NCBI GenBank assembly: GCA_044376115.1
Contig: JBILLK010000021.1
Coordinates: forward strand, 32,001 to 96,000
Source: Polyangiaceae bacterium
GTDB lineage: Bacteria; Myxococcota_A; Polyangia; Polyangiales; Polyangiaceae
Direction of reading: 5' to 3'
DNA length: 64,000 nt
Below, piece by piece: positions 40,029 through 49,597 of this stretch. The translations under genes were made by a program, and so were the position numbers. The number at the start of each line of letters is the position of its first letter. The first letter of the stretch is position 1. Under the pieces are notes generated by a model, which saw only the letters and a program-made list of their open reading frames with translations, did not search any database and was not told the origin of the DNA.

Positions 40029-41645
40029 ATGATCCCGCTACGAAGCACGCTCTTGTTGTTCATGGTCACGTTCGGTTCGCTCGCGAGCTGCACCCCTCTT
40101 GGTGCAGAGTTCGACGACGAGGAAGAAGAAGGAGAAGAAAGGGACGGTGAAGCGCTGGGCGCACCCAAGGTTGCCCAGCTCGCGCTCGACAATCTAGGAA
40201 ACACCGCCTGCGGGGAGAACTCGCTCGGCGGCGATGGCTTCTACACAAGCTGCACCGGCAACGGCGGCTACCCCGAATATTGGTGCTCCGACTTCGCCAA
40301 ATGGGTTTGGAAGAACGCCGGCGCAAAGGTCACGGGGCTGACCCCCGCGGCAGGCTCCTTCTATTGCTACGGCGAGAACAACGGCACGCTCTCGAACACG
40401 CCGCACGTCGGTGATGCTGTCGTCTACAACTACCAAGGGAACTGCTGGGCTGATCACGTCGCCATCGTGTCGAAGGTCAACCCCAACGGGACGATCGAGA
40501 CGGTGAGCGGCAACTGGAACGGCCAGAGCGGAAGCCAAGCGCACTTCTCGTCGACCTCGAGCGTGAAGCTCAATACGCCGGCCTATAGCGGCGCGATCAA
40601 CTCCTACTCGAACACGATGGGCATGACGATCAGCGGCTTCATCTCGCCGGCTGGTCTGCCTGTTGCGGCGCCGCCCGCGCCACCGCCGCCGCCGAAAGAA
40701 GGCTCGCAGGTGTTCCTCGCGCCCAAACAGCAGCACTACTTCCGGCGCGATTCGTCGGGCAACGTGCGTCACATCTTCTGGGACGGTAATCAGAACAAGC
40801 TGCTCGCCGATACCTGGGGCACCGGCGCTGCCGGCACGCCGGTCACCTTCACCCACGGCACGTCGCAACACGCCTTCGCACGCAAGCAAGACGGCTCGCT
40901 CGGACATTGGTTCTGGGACCCGGTCAACGGCCTGCGCAATGACAGTTGGGCTCCCGCGAACAGCCTCGCAGGCGACCCTGCGGCGCTGGTGATCGGTGAG
41001 TTCGAAGCTGTGTGGGCCGCAGACTCGGCGAACAAGCTGCAACACTGGTACTGGGGTCCGAAAACGAACGGCGTAAAGAAAGACACCTGGGGCTCTGGCG
41101 TCGTCGGTCGACCGAGCGTGTTCGTTACCAAGAGCGGCGAGCAACACGCGTTCTCCCGCGGCACCGGCGGTGCACTCGAACATTTCTGGTGGGCACCGAA
41201 CGGCGGCCTCAAGCATGACACCTGGGGCTCCGGTCTCGCAGGCGACCCGGCGTCCCTGCCGATCGGCGAGTTCCAAGCTGTGTGGGCTGTCGATTCGGCC
41301 GGCAAACTTCAGCACTGGTACTGGGGTCCGAACACGGGCGGCGTGAAGAAGGATACGTGGGGCTCTGGCGTCGTCGGCCGACCGAGCGTGTTCGTGACCA
41401 AGAGCGGCGAGCAACACGCCTTCGCTCGCGGGACCGGTGGCACGCTCGAACATTGGTGGTGGACGCCCAACGGCGGTGGCGCAATCCACCACGACACCTG
41501 GGGCGCTGGCATCTCGCAGGATCCTTCGACGGCGATGATCGGCGATCAGCAACACGTATGGGCGGTCGCGCCCTCGGGCAACACGCTGCACTGGTTCTGG
41601 GACCCGGCGACCGGCGCGCTCAAAAACGACAGCTGGGGGCAGTGA
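40029..41645 (+). CDS. lipoprotein: CHAP peptidoglycan amidase/endopeptidase plus 7-bladed Trp-rich lectin-like beta-propeller
   Basis: LASC lipobox; WCSDFAKWVW..GDAVVY..DHVAIV..SGN; seven H-x-F/W-A-R..L-x-H-W-x-W blades. Confidence 0.85.
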   Translation: MIPLRSTLLLFMVTFGSLASCTPLGAEFDDEEEEGEERDGEALGAPKVAQLALDNLGNTACGENSLGGDGFYTSCTGNGGYPEYWCSDFAKWVWKNAGAKVTGLTPAAGSFYCYGENNGTLSNTPHVGDAVVYNYQGNCWADHVAIVSKVNPNGTIETVSGNWNGQSGSQAHFSSTSSVKLNTPAYSGAINSYSNTMGMTISGFISPAGLPVAAPPAPPPPPKEGSQVFLAPKQQHYFRRDSSGNVRHIFWDGNQNKLLADTWGTGAAGTPVTFTHGTSQHAFARKQDGSLGHWFWDPVNGLRNDSWAPANSLAGDPAALVIGEFEAVWAADSANKLQHWYWGPKTNGVKKDTWGSGVVGRPSVFVTKSGEQHAFSRGTGGALEHFWWAPNGGLKHDTWGSGLAGDPASLPIGEFQAVWAVDSAGKLQHWYWGPNTGGVKKDTWGSGVVGRPSVFVTKSGEQHAFARGTGGTLEHWWWTPNGGGAIHHDTWGAGISQDPSTAMIGDQQHVWAVAPSGNTLHWFWDPATGALKNDSWGQ

Positions 41646-41646
41646 G

Positions 41647-43143
41647 ATGCGCACCGCCCTGCTCTTGACCAGTCTTTCGCTCGCCGCTTGCTACTCCGGT
41701 GGCATCGTCGACTCACTCGATGGCGGTGAGGAATCGGACGGCTACACCATGCCGCCCAACCCCGGTGGAATGTCGTCGCAAGGCGGCGACTCCAGCTACG
41801 GCGGCAGCCCAACCGGCAGCTACCCCACAAGCTCGAGCGGACAAGGCGGAGAGACCGGCGGGCAAGGCGGTGCAAACGTTGGGACCGGTGGAAGTGGTGG
41901 GCAGGGCGGGGTGAACGGCGGCATCGCCGACGCCCCTCCCTCGCTCGCGTCGGCCGACCTCATCTGCAAGCTGATCAGCGATCAACAAAACCTCGACCCA
42001 ACGCCCAACGCGACGCACACCCGCGCCAACGTCTTGGGCACCGATCTCGGGATCCCGGTGGCTAACGGCTCCGACCTGTTCTTCCTGTTCGGCGATACGG
42101 TTGGTTACAAAGGGATCTGGCCGTTCTCCGAATCAGGGCCCGACGCCGTTGGTTATGCGGCGCACGGTCGCGCAGGCGTTGCAGCGGATCCGAGTAGGCT
42201 TTGCGACGAGCTACGCTTTCTGCGCGTCGCACAAAGCGCGAGCATCGGACCTTCGCTCGACCCAGCGATCGAGCGCGACTTCGCCGCCGTATCGATGGCT
42301 CCGCCCGCCGGTCACTCGCTCCCCGAATACATCAAGAACCCTGCTGGCCCGATCGGTCAGAACGCCTTCCCGATGTTGCCGGGCAGCTTCGAGGTGCCCT
42401 CCGGAGCCTTCTCCTACGACGGCGATTTGTACGCGTTTTACACCACTGTGCAGGGCCCGCAGGCGGTCGCGATGAAGGCCTCCTACCTCGCGCGCTGGTC
42501 GAATCCAACGACCACCAGCGTGCCGCACTATCAGATCCTTCACAGCCTCGATGAGCGCTTCAGCGCCTCAGGCCCGCTGCTCGGACGCTTCATCAACGTG
42601 GCGAGCGAGATCCACGGTGACTACCTGTACATGTTCGGCACCGGCGACTTCCGCGACAGCCCTGTGTACCTCGCGCGCAAACAGCTCGCGCAGCTCGAGC
42701 TAGCGACCGGCTACGAGGTCTACGACGCCGAGAGCGGTCAGTGGCTCGCGGCCCCTGCAACCCAAGCCAAGCCGATCATCGCCGACGCGAAGTTCGGCGA
42801 GACCTCGCTGCGTTACTTCGCCGAGATCGACGCCTGGATGTTCCTCGCGCAAGGCGATCACCAAATCGTCGCGCGCTTCGCCTCGCAACCGGAAGGGCCT
42901 TGGAGCGACGAGATCGTCCTGCACGACAACACAGATCTCGGCTTCCTCGCGCAGTACTGCTGCTTTCCGGAGGGAACCTGCGGCGGCGAGCGGCTGTTCA
43001 ACTGCAGCAAGGCGAGCTTCTACGGCACCTTCCTCTTGCCCGACGTCGCGGTCGACAGCGGCGGCTTCACTGTCTCCTACACGATGTCCACCTGGGACCC
43101 GTACAACGTTGCGTTGTTCTCGGCGCGCTTCAGCCTGCCCTGA
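41647..43143 (+). CDS. DUF4185 domain lipoprotein (GH183 endo-D-arabinanase family)
   Basis: LAAC lipobox, Gly/Ser linker; [46 protein letters not shown]; starts 1 nt after the CHAP stop. Confidence 0.8.
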   Translation: MRTALLLTSLSLAACYSGGIVDSLDGGEESDGYTMPPNPGGMSSQGGDSSYGGSPTGSYPTSSSGQGGETGGQGGANVGTGGSGGQGGVNGGIADAPPSLASADLICKLISDQQNLDPTPNATHTRANVLGTDLGIPVANGSDLFFLFGDTVGYKGIWPFSESGPDAVGYAAHGRAGVAADPSRLCDELRFLRVAQSASIGPSLDPAIERDFAAVSMAPPAGHSLPEYIKNPAGPIGQNAFPMLPGSFEVPSGAFSYDGDLYAFYTTVQGPQAVAMKASYLARWSNPTTTSVPHYQILHSLDERFSASGPLLGRFINVASEIHGDYLYMFGTGDFRDSPVYLARKQLAQLELATGYEVYDAESGQWLAAPATQAKPIIADAKFGETSLRYFAEIDAWMFLAQGDHQIVARFASQPEGPWSDEIVLHDNTDLGFLAQYCCFPEGTCGGERLFNCSKASFYGTFLLPDVAVDSGGFTVSYTMSTWDPYNVALFSARFSLP

Positions 43144-43184
43144 ACACGTTGTCGGGCGCACTTCGGCCGTGGTACTGCTTGCAG

Positions 43185-44741
43185 GTGCCGACGTTCAAGC
43201 CCCCCGGCGACGGGGACCGCACCTTCGAACTCGCCACCATCACCGGGGATCTCAGCACGCGCACCACCGTGAGCTTGCTCTGGGACGGTGGAGCGTTGAC
43301 CTTACCGTTGCCCGAGCGAGACCCGTGCGTGATCGGGCGCGCCGCCGACGCGGATCTATCGATCGATGCGCGTTCGGTTTCGCGCCGTCACGCGCAACTG
43401 CACCAAGCGGGCGGCCTTTCGATCGAAGACCTCGGCAGCGCGAATGGCACGCGGGTGCGCGGCCGCACGCTCGCGGCGGGGGAGCGAGTGCCGGTGGAAC
43501 CGTTCGAGCCGGTGATGATCGGCAGCGTGGTGATGATCGTCAGGCCGAACGGCGGAGCGCGCGGTGAGGCCAGCGCGCGTGGCCCTGCGCGCATGGCCGA
43601 AGCGAGCGCTGGGCCCGCCTCGCAGCCGCGCTCGAGCGCACCCGAGGCGAGCCCCGCCGACGACGTCGAGCTCTTGATTTCGGTGGTGGCGCCCACGGAT
43701 CTTTCGGTCTTGTTGTTGGGCGAGACGGGGGTGGGCAAGAGCTACTTTGCGCGGGCGATTCACGAAAGGTCGAAGCGAGCGGGCAAGCCGCTGGTGCATC
43801 TCAACTGCGCCGCGCTGCAGGAGAACCTGTTGGAGAGCGAGCTCTTCGGCCATGAGCGTGGAGCCTTCTCCGGCGCCGCCCAAGCCAAGCCGGGCCTGTT
43901 CGAAAGTGCTGAAGGAGGCACCGTCTTCCTCGACGAGATCGGTGAGCTGCCGGCCGCGGTGCAAGCGAAGCTGCTGGTAGCGATCGAGCGGCGGGAGGTC
44001 CTGCGTGTGGGCGGCTTGAAGCCGCGGCCGATCGATGTGCGCTTCATCTCGGCCACCAACCGCCCCAACAGTGAACAAGCGATCGTCGGGCTGCGGCCGG
44101 ATCTGTATTTCCGCTTGGCCGGTCTGCCGATCTGCGTGCCGCCCTTGCGCGAGCGTCAAAAGGAGATCCCGGCGCTGGCCGAGGCCTTCGTTCGCGACGC
44201 CGCCAAACGGCTCGGGCGGCCGGTGCCGGCCATCGCCCCGAGCGCCTTGGCCGCACTCAGCACGCACTCCTGGCCCGGCAACGTGCGTGAACTGGCGAGC
44301 GTGCTGGACCGCGCACTACTCTTTTGCAAAGACACGCTGCTCCCCAGCGATCTGCGTCTGCCAAACGCGGTGAAGGCGGCTGCTCCGCCCGCCGCAGCGG
44401 AGGCCCACGTCGCAGCCGAAACGCAGCCTCGGATCGAGCCTGCGCCCAGCTCCGCGAGCCACGTTGCTGCGGCGAGCCCTGCGCCCATGGCGAGCCCCGC
44501 GGCTGCCGCGAACCCCGCGCCCAGCGCGAGCCCCGCCGAAGTACGCGCCGAGGTTCCTGCGCCGGCGCCGCAGCGCACCCTATCGGCCGAGTACCAAGAG
44601 CTCGAACGGCGCCGCATCATCGAGGCGCTCGAGGCCTGCGGCGGCAATCAGTCGCGCGCGGCCACCGTGCTCGGCATCTCGCGCAAGACGCTGGTCACGC
44701 GCATCGGCGAGTTCGGCTTGCCTCGTCCGCGCAAACGCTGA
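43185..44741 (+). CDS. FHA-domain sigma54-dependent transcriptional activator (bEBP)
   Basis: [58 protein letters not shown], Fis-type HTH. Confidence 0.92.
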   Translation: MPTFKPPGDGDRTFELATITGDLSTRTTVSLLWDGGALTLPLPERDPCVIGRAADADLSIDARSVSRRHAQLHQAGGLSIEDLGSANGTRVRGRTLAAGERVPVEPFEPVMIGSVVMIVRPNGGARGEASARGPARMAEASAGPASQPRSSAPEASPADDVELLISVVAPTDLSVLLLGETGVGKSYFARAIHERSKRAGKPLVHLNCAALQENLLESELFGHERGAFSGAAQAKPGLFESAEGGTVFLDEIGELPAAVQAKLLVAIERREVLRVGGLKPRPIDVRFISATNRPNSEQAIVGLRPDLYFRLAGLPICVPPLRERQKEIPALAEAFVRDAAKRLGRPVPAIAPSALAALSTHSWPGNVRELASVLDRALLFCKDTLLPSDLRLPNAVKAAAPPAAAEAHVAAETQPRIEPAPSSASHVAAASPAPMASPAAAANPAPSASPAEVRAEVPAPAPQRTLSAEYQELERRRIIEALEACGGNQSRAATVLGISRKTLVTRIGEFGLPRPRKR

Positions 44742-44766
44742 GTCGCCCAAACGCTGAGCGCGCGCT

Positions 44767-45801
44767 TCACTCGATCGCGGTCACGTCTTCCGAGGACGGC
44801 GAGAGCACAACCAACGGCTCGGTCGAAGACCCAGCGGGCACGGCTGCGCGCCGTTCGAGTCGCAGCGTGGAGTCCTCGCGCTCGACGGGCTCGTTCGAGC
44901 TCTCCGCTTGCTTCGCTGCAGCGGCTAGCGCGAGCGCCTGCGCAGCCGTACGCAGCGGGCTGCGCGCACCCACGGTTTGAACGAAGGCGGCGGCCAGTTC
45001 GTCCACCGAAACGAAGCGCGCGTTGATGGTCGGCGCGAAGGCCTGCGCGAAGAAGCGCTCGAGTCTGCCGCCAGCGTCAACGCCGGGAGGGAGCGGGCCG
45101 CGCTGACCGAAGACCACGCGCCGCGCGATCTCCGGGCCGTTGCGCCCGGCGAAAGGCAGCTCCCCGACGATCAGCGAGAAGGTCACGACGCCGAGCGCCC
45201 AAGCATCCACGCGTGCGTCTACTCGCTCGCCGCGGATCTGTTCCGGACTCATGTACGAAGGCGAACCGAGCGCGACGTTGGTCGCAGTGCGAACCTGGCC
45301 GTTCTCATCCCACTTGGCGATACCGAAATCGATCAGCTTCACGCTCGCATGCTCGGGGTGCGACGTGCGCACCAAGAAGATGTTCCCCGGCTTGACGTCG
45401 CGATGAATGATCCCGGCGCGGTGCGCTGTGGAGAGGCCTGCAGCGACCTGACAGACGAGCTCAGCGACCTCGGCCAAGGGCCAGGTCCGAGCGTGCGTCC
45501 AGGTTGCGTAAAGGTCGACGCCGTCGAGCAGCTCCATCACGATGAAGGGCGTATCGTCTTCGGTGCCGTGGTCGATCACGCGCACCACGTGCGGCGAATC
45601 GAGGCGTTGCGCGGCGACTGCCTCCTGACCGAAGCGCGCCCGCAGATCCGCGCGGCCGGTCCACTCGACGCGCATTAGCTTCACCGCGACCCAGCCGCCT
45701 GTCGCCCGATCGCGCGCCGACCAAACCTCGCCCATCCCGCCGTCGGCCAGGTGACGGTCGAGCTCGTACCGCCTTTTCAGCAGATAGCCGGCGAGATCCA
45801 T
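44767..45801 (-). CDS. cytoplasmic Ser/Thr protein kinase
   Basis: DGGMGEV, AVK, HRDVKPGN, DFG, YMSPEQ; no TM segment. Confidence 0.92.
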   Translation of the reverse strand: MDLAGYLLKRRYELDRHLADGGMGEVWSARDRATGGWVAVKLMRVEWTGRADLRARFGQEAVAAQRLDSPHVVRVIDHGTEDDTPFIVMELLDGVDLYATWTHARTWPLAEVAELVCQVAAGLSTAHRAGIIHRDVKPGNIFLVRTSHPEHASVKLIDFGIAKWDENGQVRTATNVALGSPSYMSPEQIRGERVDARVDAWALGVVTFSLIVGELPFAGRNGPEIARRVVFGQRGPLPPGVDAGGRLERFFAQAFAPTINARFVSVDELAAAFVQTVGARSPLRTAAQALALAAAAKQAESSNEPVEREDSTLRLERRAAVPAGSSTEPLVVLSPSSEDVTAIE

Positions 45802-45833
45802 TCAAGCGATTGAACGGGTATCGCCGCGTGCGG

Positions 45834-47363
45834 TCAACCTTCGCGCGCAACGCCTCGCGCCCGCAGCACGCGCCCCACCGCAAACGCGACCAGCGCCGTC
45901 GGGCTCGCTTCGGCGGCGTCCTCGCGCGGGCGCGTCTCGACCAGCGCCGACATACGAAACGACGGCAAGAGCGGGAGCAGGTCGGCGGCGGCGTTGGGCA
46001 AGTAGATAGGCACCGTGGTGGAGCCGACGGTGAGCGTAGCGCGCAGCCGCGGCGCGCCGAGCAGCGTGCGTCGCTTGTAGCTGCGAGCCTCGCGCAGCGT
46101 ACGTTCGACCAACTTGGCGAGGTGGCGCGCGGGTAGACCGAGCTCGCCCGAGGCGGACTCGATCTGACTGCACAATGTGAGCGCGGCCTCGGGCGCAGGA
46201 GGCAGCGGCCGAGCCAGCATCTCGCCGGCGGTCGCGAGCGCGGCGAGCATGCGCTTGTTGGAGCCTGCGAGCGGCTTGGCGTGCTCGACCATGGCACGCA
46301 GCGCTTCGACCTCGTCCATCGTCGGCGTTACTTCGCCCTCGACCAGAAAGAGCGGCATATCGAGCTCGAGCGGCTCATCGAGCAACGCGTCGAACGACTG
46401 CGCGAGGGTCTCGATCGCCAGCGGCGCTCCACACGAGAGCACGCGCAGGACGTCGTTGCGCGCGCGCTGTTCGGCGGAGATCTCGGTCGCGAGCGCGTCG
46501 ATCCCCGGTTGCGAGCGCATCGGCGCTGCGAACAAGCGCGCGTTGTCTTTCGACCGCCGCAAGCGACCAGGCACCTCCGGATCGAAGGCCAGCAGATCGA
46601 CGATGGCGCGGCGCTCGAGCGTGTTCTCCGAGGCGAGCCGCGCCTCCTGCGCCGCAGCCTGCAGCTCCGGCGGCAGCGCAGAGTTGGACGCGGTGCGCAG
46701 CGAGCCAACGTTGAAGGAGGACGTCGTCTTGAGAGTAGCCGCCATACCAACCGTCTCCGGCGCTGCGGGTCGAAGGGCGCTGCTTACGCTGCTCGGCAGG
46801 CTGATGGGCGCGCTGCTCGGCACGCTCGCAGGCGCGCTAACGGGCGGGCTACTCGGCATGCTGATGGGCGCGCTGCTCGGTACGCTCGCGGGCGCGCTGA
46901 CCGGCGCGCTCACCGGCTCGCTCGCCTTGGCGACCTCGCTGGGTTTGGCCGCGCCCGGCGCTGAGCTCAGGCCGAAGGCCCGACGAAAGACGTCGCCCAA
47001 TTCGGTGCGCGGTGCAGCGAGCGCAGGGGCCGCGAGCGGCGGCGGCGTGAGTTGCGCTACTGCGGGCCGAGTAACCGACGCAGGCGGCGGCGGCGAGGGA
47101 GCAGGCGATGCGAGCGAAGGCATGGCCTGCGGCGGGGCAAGAGGCGGCGACGGGGCCATGGGCGGAGCAACCGACGCAGGCGGCGGCGGCGGCGGAGTGG
47201 AACGGAACGGTAGCGCGCCGTCCTCGATGCTCGGCAGCGAGGCCCGCATAGAAGGGGCGCCAGCAAACGGCAGCCCCGGCGCGCCGAACCCGAACGAACT
47301 TCGATCGAGCTCGGTGGTGTGCTCGCCGTCTTGTCCATCGCCCGCTTCGGTATGTTCGACCAT
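45834..47363 (-). CDS. Pro-rich hypothetical protein divergent from vgrG
   Basis: Pro/Ser/Ala-rich N-terminal half and globular C-terminal domain (LLAFDP..LFLVEGE..DEVEALRA..YKRRTLLG..PIYLP). Confidence 0.7.
   Translation of the reverse strand: MVEHTEAGDGQDGEHTTELDRSSFGFGAPGLPFAGAPSMRASLPSIEDGALPFRSTPPPPPPASVAPPMAPSPPLAPPQAMPSLASPAPSPPPPASVTRPAVAQLTPPPLAAPALAAPRTELGDVFRRAFGLSSAPGAAKPSEVAKASEPVSAPVSAPASVPSSAPISMPSSPPVSAPASVPSSAPISLPSSVSSALRPAAPETVGMAATLKTTSSFNVGSLRTASNSALPPELQAAAQEARLASENTLERRAIVDLLAFDPEVPGRLRRSKDNARLFAAPMRSQPGIDALATEISAEQRARNDVLRVLSCGAPLAIETLAQSFDALLDEPLELDMPLFLVEGEVTPTMDEVEALRAMVEHAKPLAGSNKRMLAALATAGEMLARPLPPAPEAALTLCSQIESASGELGLPARHLAKLVERTLREARSYKRRTLLGAPRLRATLTVGSTTVPIYLPNAAADLLPLLPSFRMSALVETRPREDAAEASPTALVAFAVGRVLRARGVAREG
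46801..46920. repeat. 60-bp coding tandem duplication
   Basis: two units starting CTGATGGGCGCGCTGCTCGG, encoding PVSAPASVPSSAPIS. Confidence 0.8.
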
Positions 47364-47374
47364 GCGCGTGCCTA

Positions 47375-47390
47375 TGCGAAGAACGGGCCG
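47375..47390 (-). promoter_or_regulatory. putative sigma54 promoter of the Pro-rich gene
   Basis: minus strand CGGCCCGTTCTTCGCA (GG-N10-GC); ATG 47363 is 13 nt from the C of GC. Confidence 0.45.
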
Positions 47391-47414
47391 TGGCTCGCGG
47401 GGCAGGCGACGGGA

Positions 47415-47441
47415 CAAGTTGTGTAATTCCTACTCAACCTG
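47415..47441. promoter_or_regulatory. 27-bp palindromic enhancer-like site (copy 3)
   Basis: CAAGTTGTGTAATTCCTACTCAACCTG; extra half-site ACCCAAGTTG at 47454-47463. Confidence 0.65.
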
Positions 47442-47506
47442 GAGCTCGACCCGACCCAAGTTGCTGCCCCCGTTCGGAAACGGCTTGTGCTTGCGGCAAA
47501 TCCGCA

Positions 47507-47522
47507 TGGCACGAGCCGTGCT
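47507..47522 (+). promoter_or_regulatory. sigma54 -24/-12 promoter of vgrG
   Basis: TGGCACGAGCCGTGCT, close to consensus TGGCAC-N5-TTGC; GGAGAGG SD before ATG 47556. Confidence 0.7.
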
Positions 47523-47555
47523 CAAGCTGAATCAACGCAGCAGGGAGAGGGCACC

Positions 47556-49490
47556 ATGATTCAGAACCAAGAACTTCGCATTGCTACCGGGGATGAACTC
47601 GATGTCCGTGAGTTCAGCATTGAGCAAACCATGTCCACGCTCTTCTGCGTGACCATCACCGCGGTCTCCAAGAACCCCGACATCGACTTCGAGGCGGCCA
47701 TCGGTCGCGAGGCCAGCTTCACCTTGCGCGGTCGCAACGTCAGCGGCCTACCGCAACTGTGGCGCGGCGTGCTGAGCGAGCTGCACCAGGTCCGCGTCGA
47801 GGAGTCGGGCCTCGCGACCTATCACCTGCAGCTGCGACCAAGGTTGTGGCTCGCTTCACAACGCCGCAACAATCGCATCTTCCAGACGCAGAGCGAGCTC
47901 GAGATCGCCCGTCAGTTGCTGCGCGAGTGGGACGTGGACGTGCGTGAAGACATCGCAAGCAAGTTCAAGACACGCAAATACCGCGTGCAATACGGCGAGA
48001 CCGACTTCGACTTCTTCGCCCGCATGCTCGAGGAGGCCGGCATCTCCTTCTACTTCGTCGACCAAGACGAGCGCACGTTGTGCGTGCTCAGCGATGCGCC
48101 GCAGCAGAACCAAGAGCGTCCGCTGCCGATCGCCTTCGTCGATGCGCCCGGCACCGTGGACCATGAGTACGTGACCGAGGTGCGCGTGAGCCGCGCCGTG
48201 CGGCCCGGCAAGCACACCTTGCGCGACCACGACTATCGCCGCCCCGCCGAGTTCGCCCTGGCTGCGAGCGCTTCAAAGAGCGGCGTCGAGGACCAGCTGG
48301 AGAGCTTTCACTACCAGCCCGGCGCGATGTTGTTCGCGGCTATGGGCGGCGTCAGCACCCCGGTCGCCGACGACCGCGGCATGCACCGCAGCGATGAACT
48401 CGAGGGCCGTCGGCTCGCCACGCAGCGTCTCGCCGCACAACGTGAAGACGCCAGCGTCATTACCTTCCGCGCCAACGTGATCGATCTCGCGCCGGGCAGC
48501 GTGATGCGCATCCTCAACCACCCGCAACGCGAGCTCGCCGACCAAAAGAAGCTGCTCGTGGTCAGCTCCCACATCGAAGGCACGCACGACCAGCCGGTCA
48601 TCCACCGTTGCAGCCTGCGCAGCGCCGCCGAGGCCTATCACCCGCCGCTGCGTCAAGCCAAGCCGAAGGCCGCTGGCGTCGAGAGCGCCACGGTGGTCGG
48701 CCCGCTGGGCGAAGAGATCCACGTCGATGAGTTTGGCCGGGTGCGCGTGCAGTTTCATTGGGATCGCGAGGGCGACTACAACGAGAAGAGCTCCTGCTGG
48801 GTCCACGTCAGCCAGTCGTGGGCCGGCGCAGGCTTCGGCGCCACCAACCTGCCACGCGTCGGGCAGGAGGTGATCGTCGACTTCTTGGGCGGCGATCCCG
48901 ACCGCCCGGTGGTCACCGGCCGCGTGTACACCAACCTGCAAAAGACGCCCTACTCGCTACCGGAGCACAAGACCCGCAGCGGGATCCGCACCAACTCCTC
49001 GCCCAACTACGGCGGTTACAACGAGCTGATGTTCGAGGACCGCGCCGGCGCCGAGCTCGTGCATGTCCGAGCGCAACGCAACCTTTCGACGCAGGTCAAC
49101 AACGACGAGTTCGCTTCGATCGGTCACAACCGCAGCACCTCTGTCTCCAAAAACGAGAGCAAGAACGTGGGCGGCGATCAAACCGAGACGGTGCAAGGCA
49201 ACAGCAGCACCTCCACCGGCGCCGACTACACCGAGGCGGTGTTCGGGATGTTCACCTCGCTCGCCAGCAGCGACCGTCTGTTGCACACGAGCGGTTCGTC
49301 CAAGTCGCAGGCGCACAATCACAGCATCACCAGCGATCAAGGCACGACCATCACCGTCGGCAACTCGATGATCCACATCGGGCCGGATAGCATCATCATC
49401 CAAACGCCCAAGTTGTTGCTCAACCCCGGGGACGCGGTAGCTGCGAGCTCTGCCCTCGGCGGTCCCAACAAATTACTCGCGCCGAGCTAA
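47556..49490 (+). CDS. vgrG: type VI secretion spike protein VgrG/TssI (orphan)
   Basis: RIFQ, VQYGETDFDF..RMLEEAGI, DEFGRVRVQFHWDR, PRVGQEVIVDFLGGDPDRP, NELMFED; short beta-helix and no effector extension. Confidence 0.95.
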   Translation: MIQNQELRIATGDELDVREFSIEQTMSTLFCVTITAVSKNPDIDFEAAIGREASFTLRGRNVSGLPQLWRGVLSELHQVRVEESGLATYHLQLRPRLWLASQRRNNRIFQTQSELEIARQLLREWDVDVREDIASKFKTRKYRVQYGETDFDFFARMLEEAGISFYFVDQDERTLCVLSDAPQQNQERPLPIAFVDAPGTVDHEYVTEVRVSRAVRPGKHTLRDHDYRRPAEFALAASASKSGVEDQLESFHYQPGAMLFAAMGGVSTPVADDRGMHRSDELEGRRLATQRLAAQREDASVITFRANVIDLAPGSVMRILNHPQRELADQKKLLVVSSHIEGTHDQPVIHRCSLRSAAEAYHPPLRQAKPKAAGVESATVVGPLGEEIHVDEFGRVRVQFHWDREGDYNEKSSCWVHVSQSWAGAGFGATNLPRVGQEVIVDFLGGDPDRPVVTGRVYTNLQKTPYSLPEHKTRSGIRTNSSPNYGGYNELMFEDRAGAELVHVRAQRNLSTQVNNDEFASIGHNRSTSVSKNESKNVGGDQTETVQGNSSTSTGADYTEAVFGMFTSLASSDRLLHTSGSSKSQAHNHSITSDQGTTITVGNSMIHIGPDSIIIQTPKLLLNPGDAVAASSALGGPNKLLAPS

Positions 49491-49597
49491 GGGCTCAACG
49501 GGGCCTTCGGCCCTCTTTCTCGAAGAGCGCGAGTAATTATTGTTACTGCATCCACCTTTGGTGGAATTGGCAAGCTAGAGAAGCACGGAGCACCACC

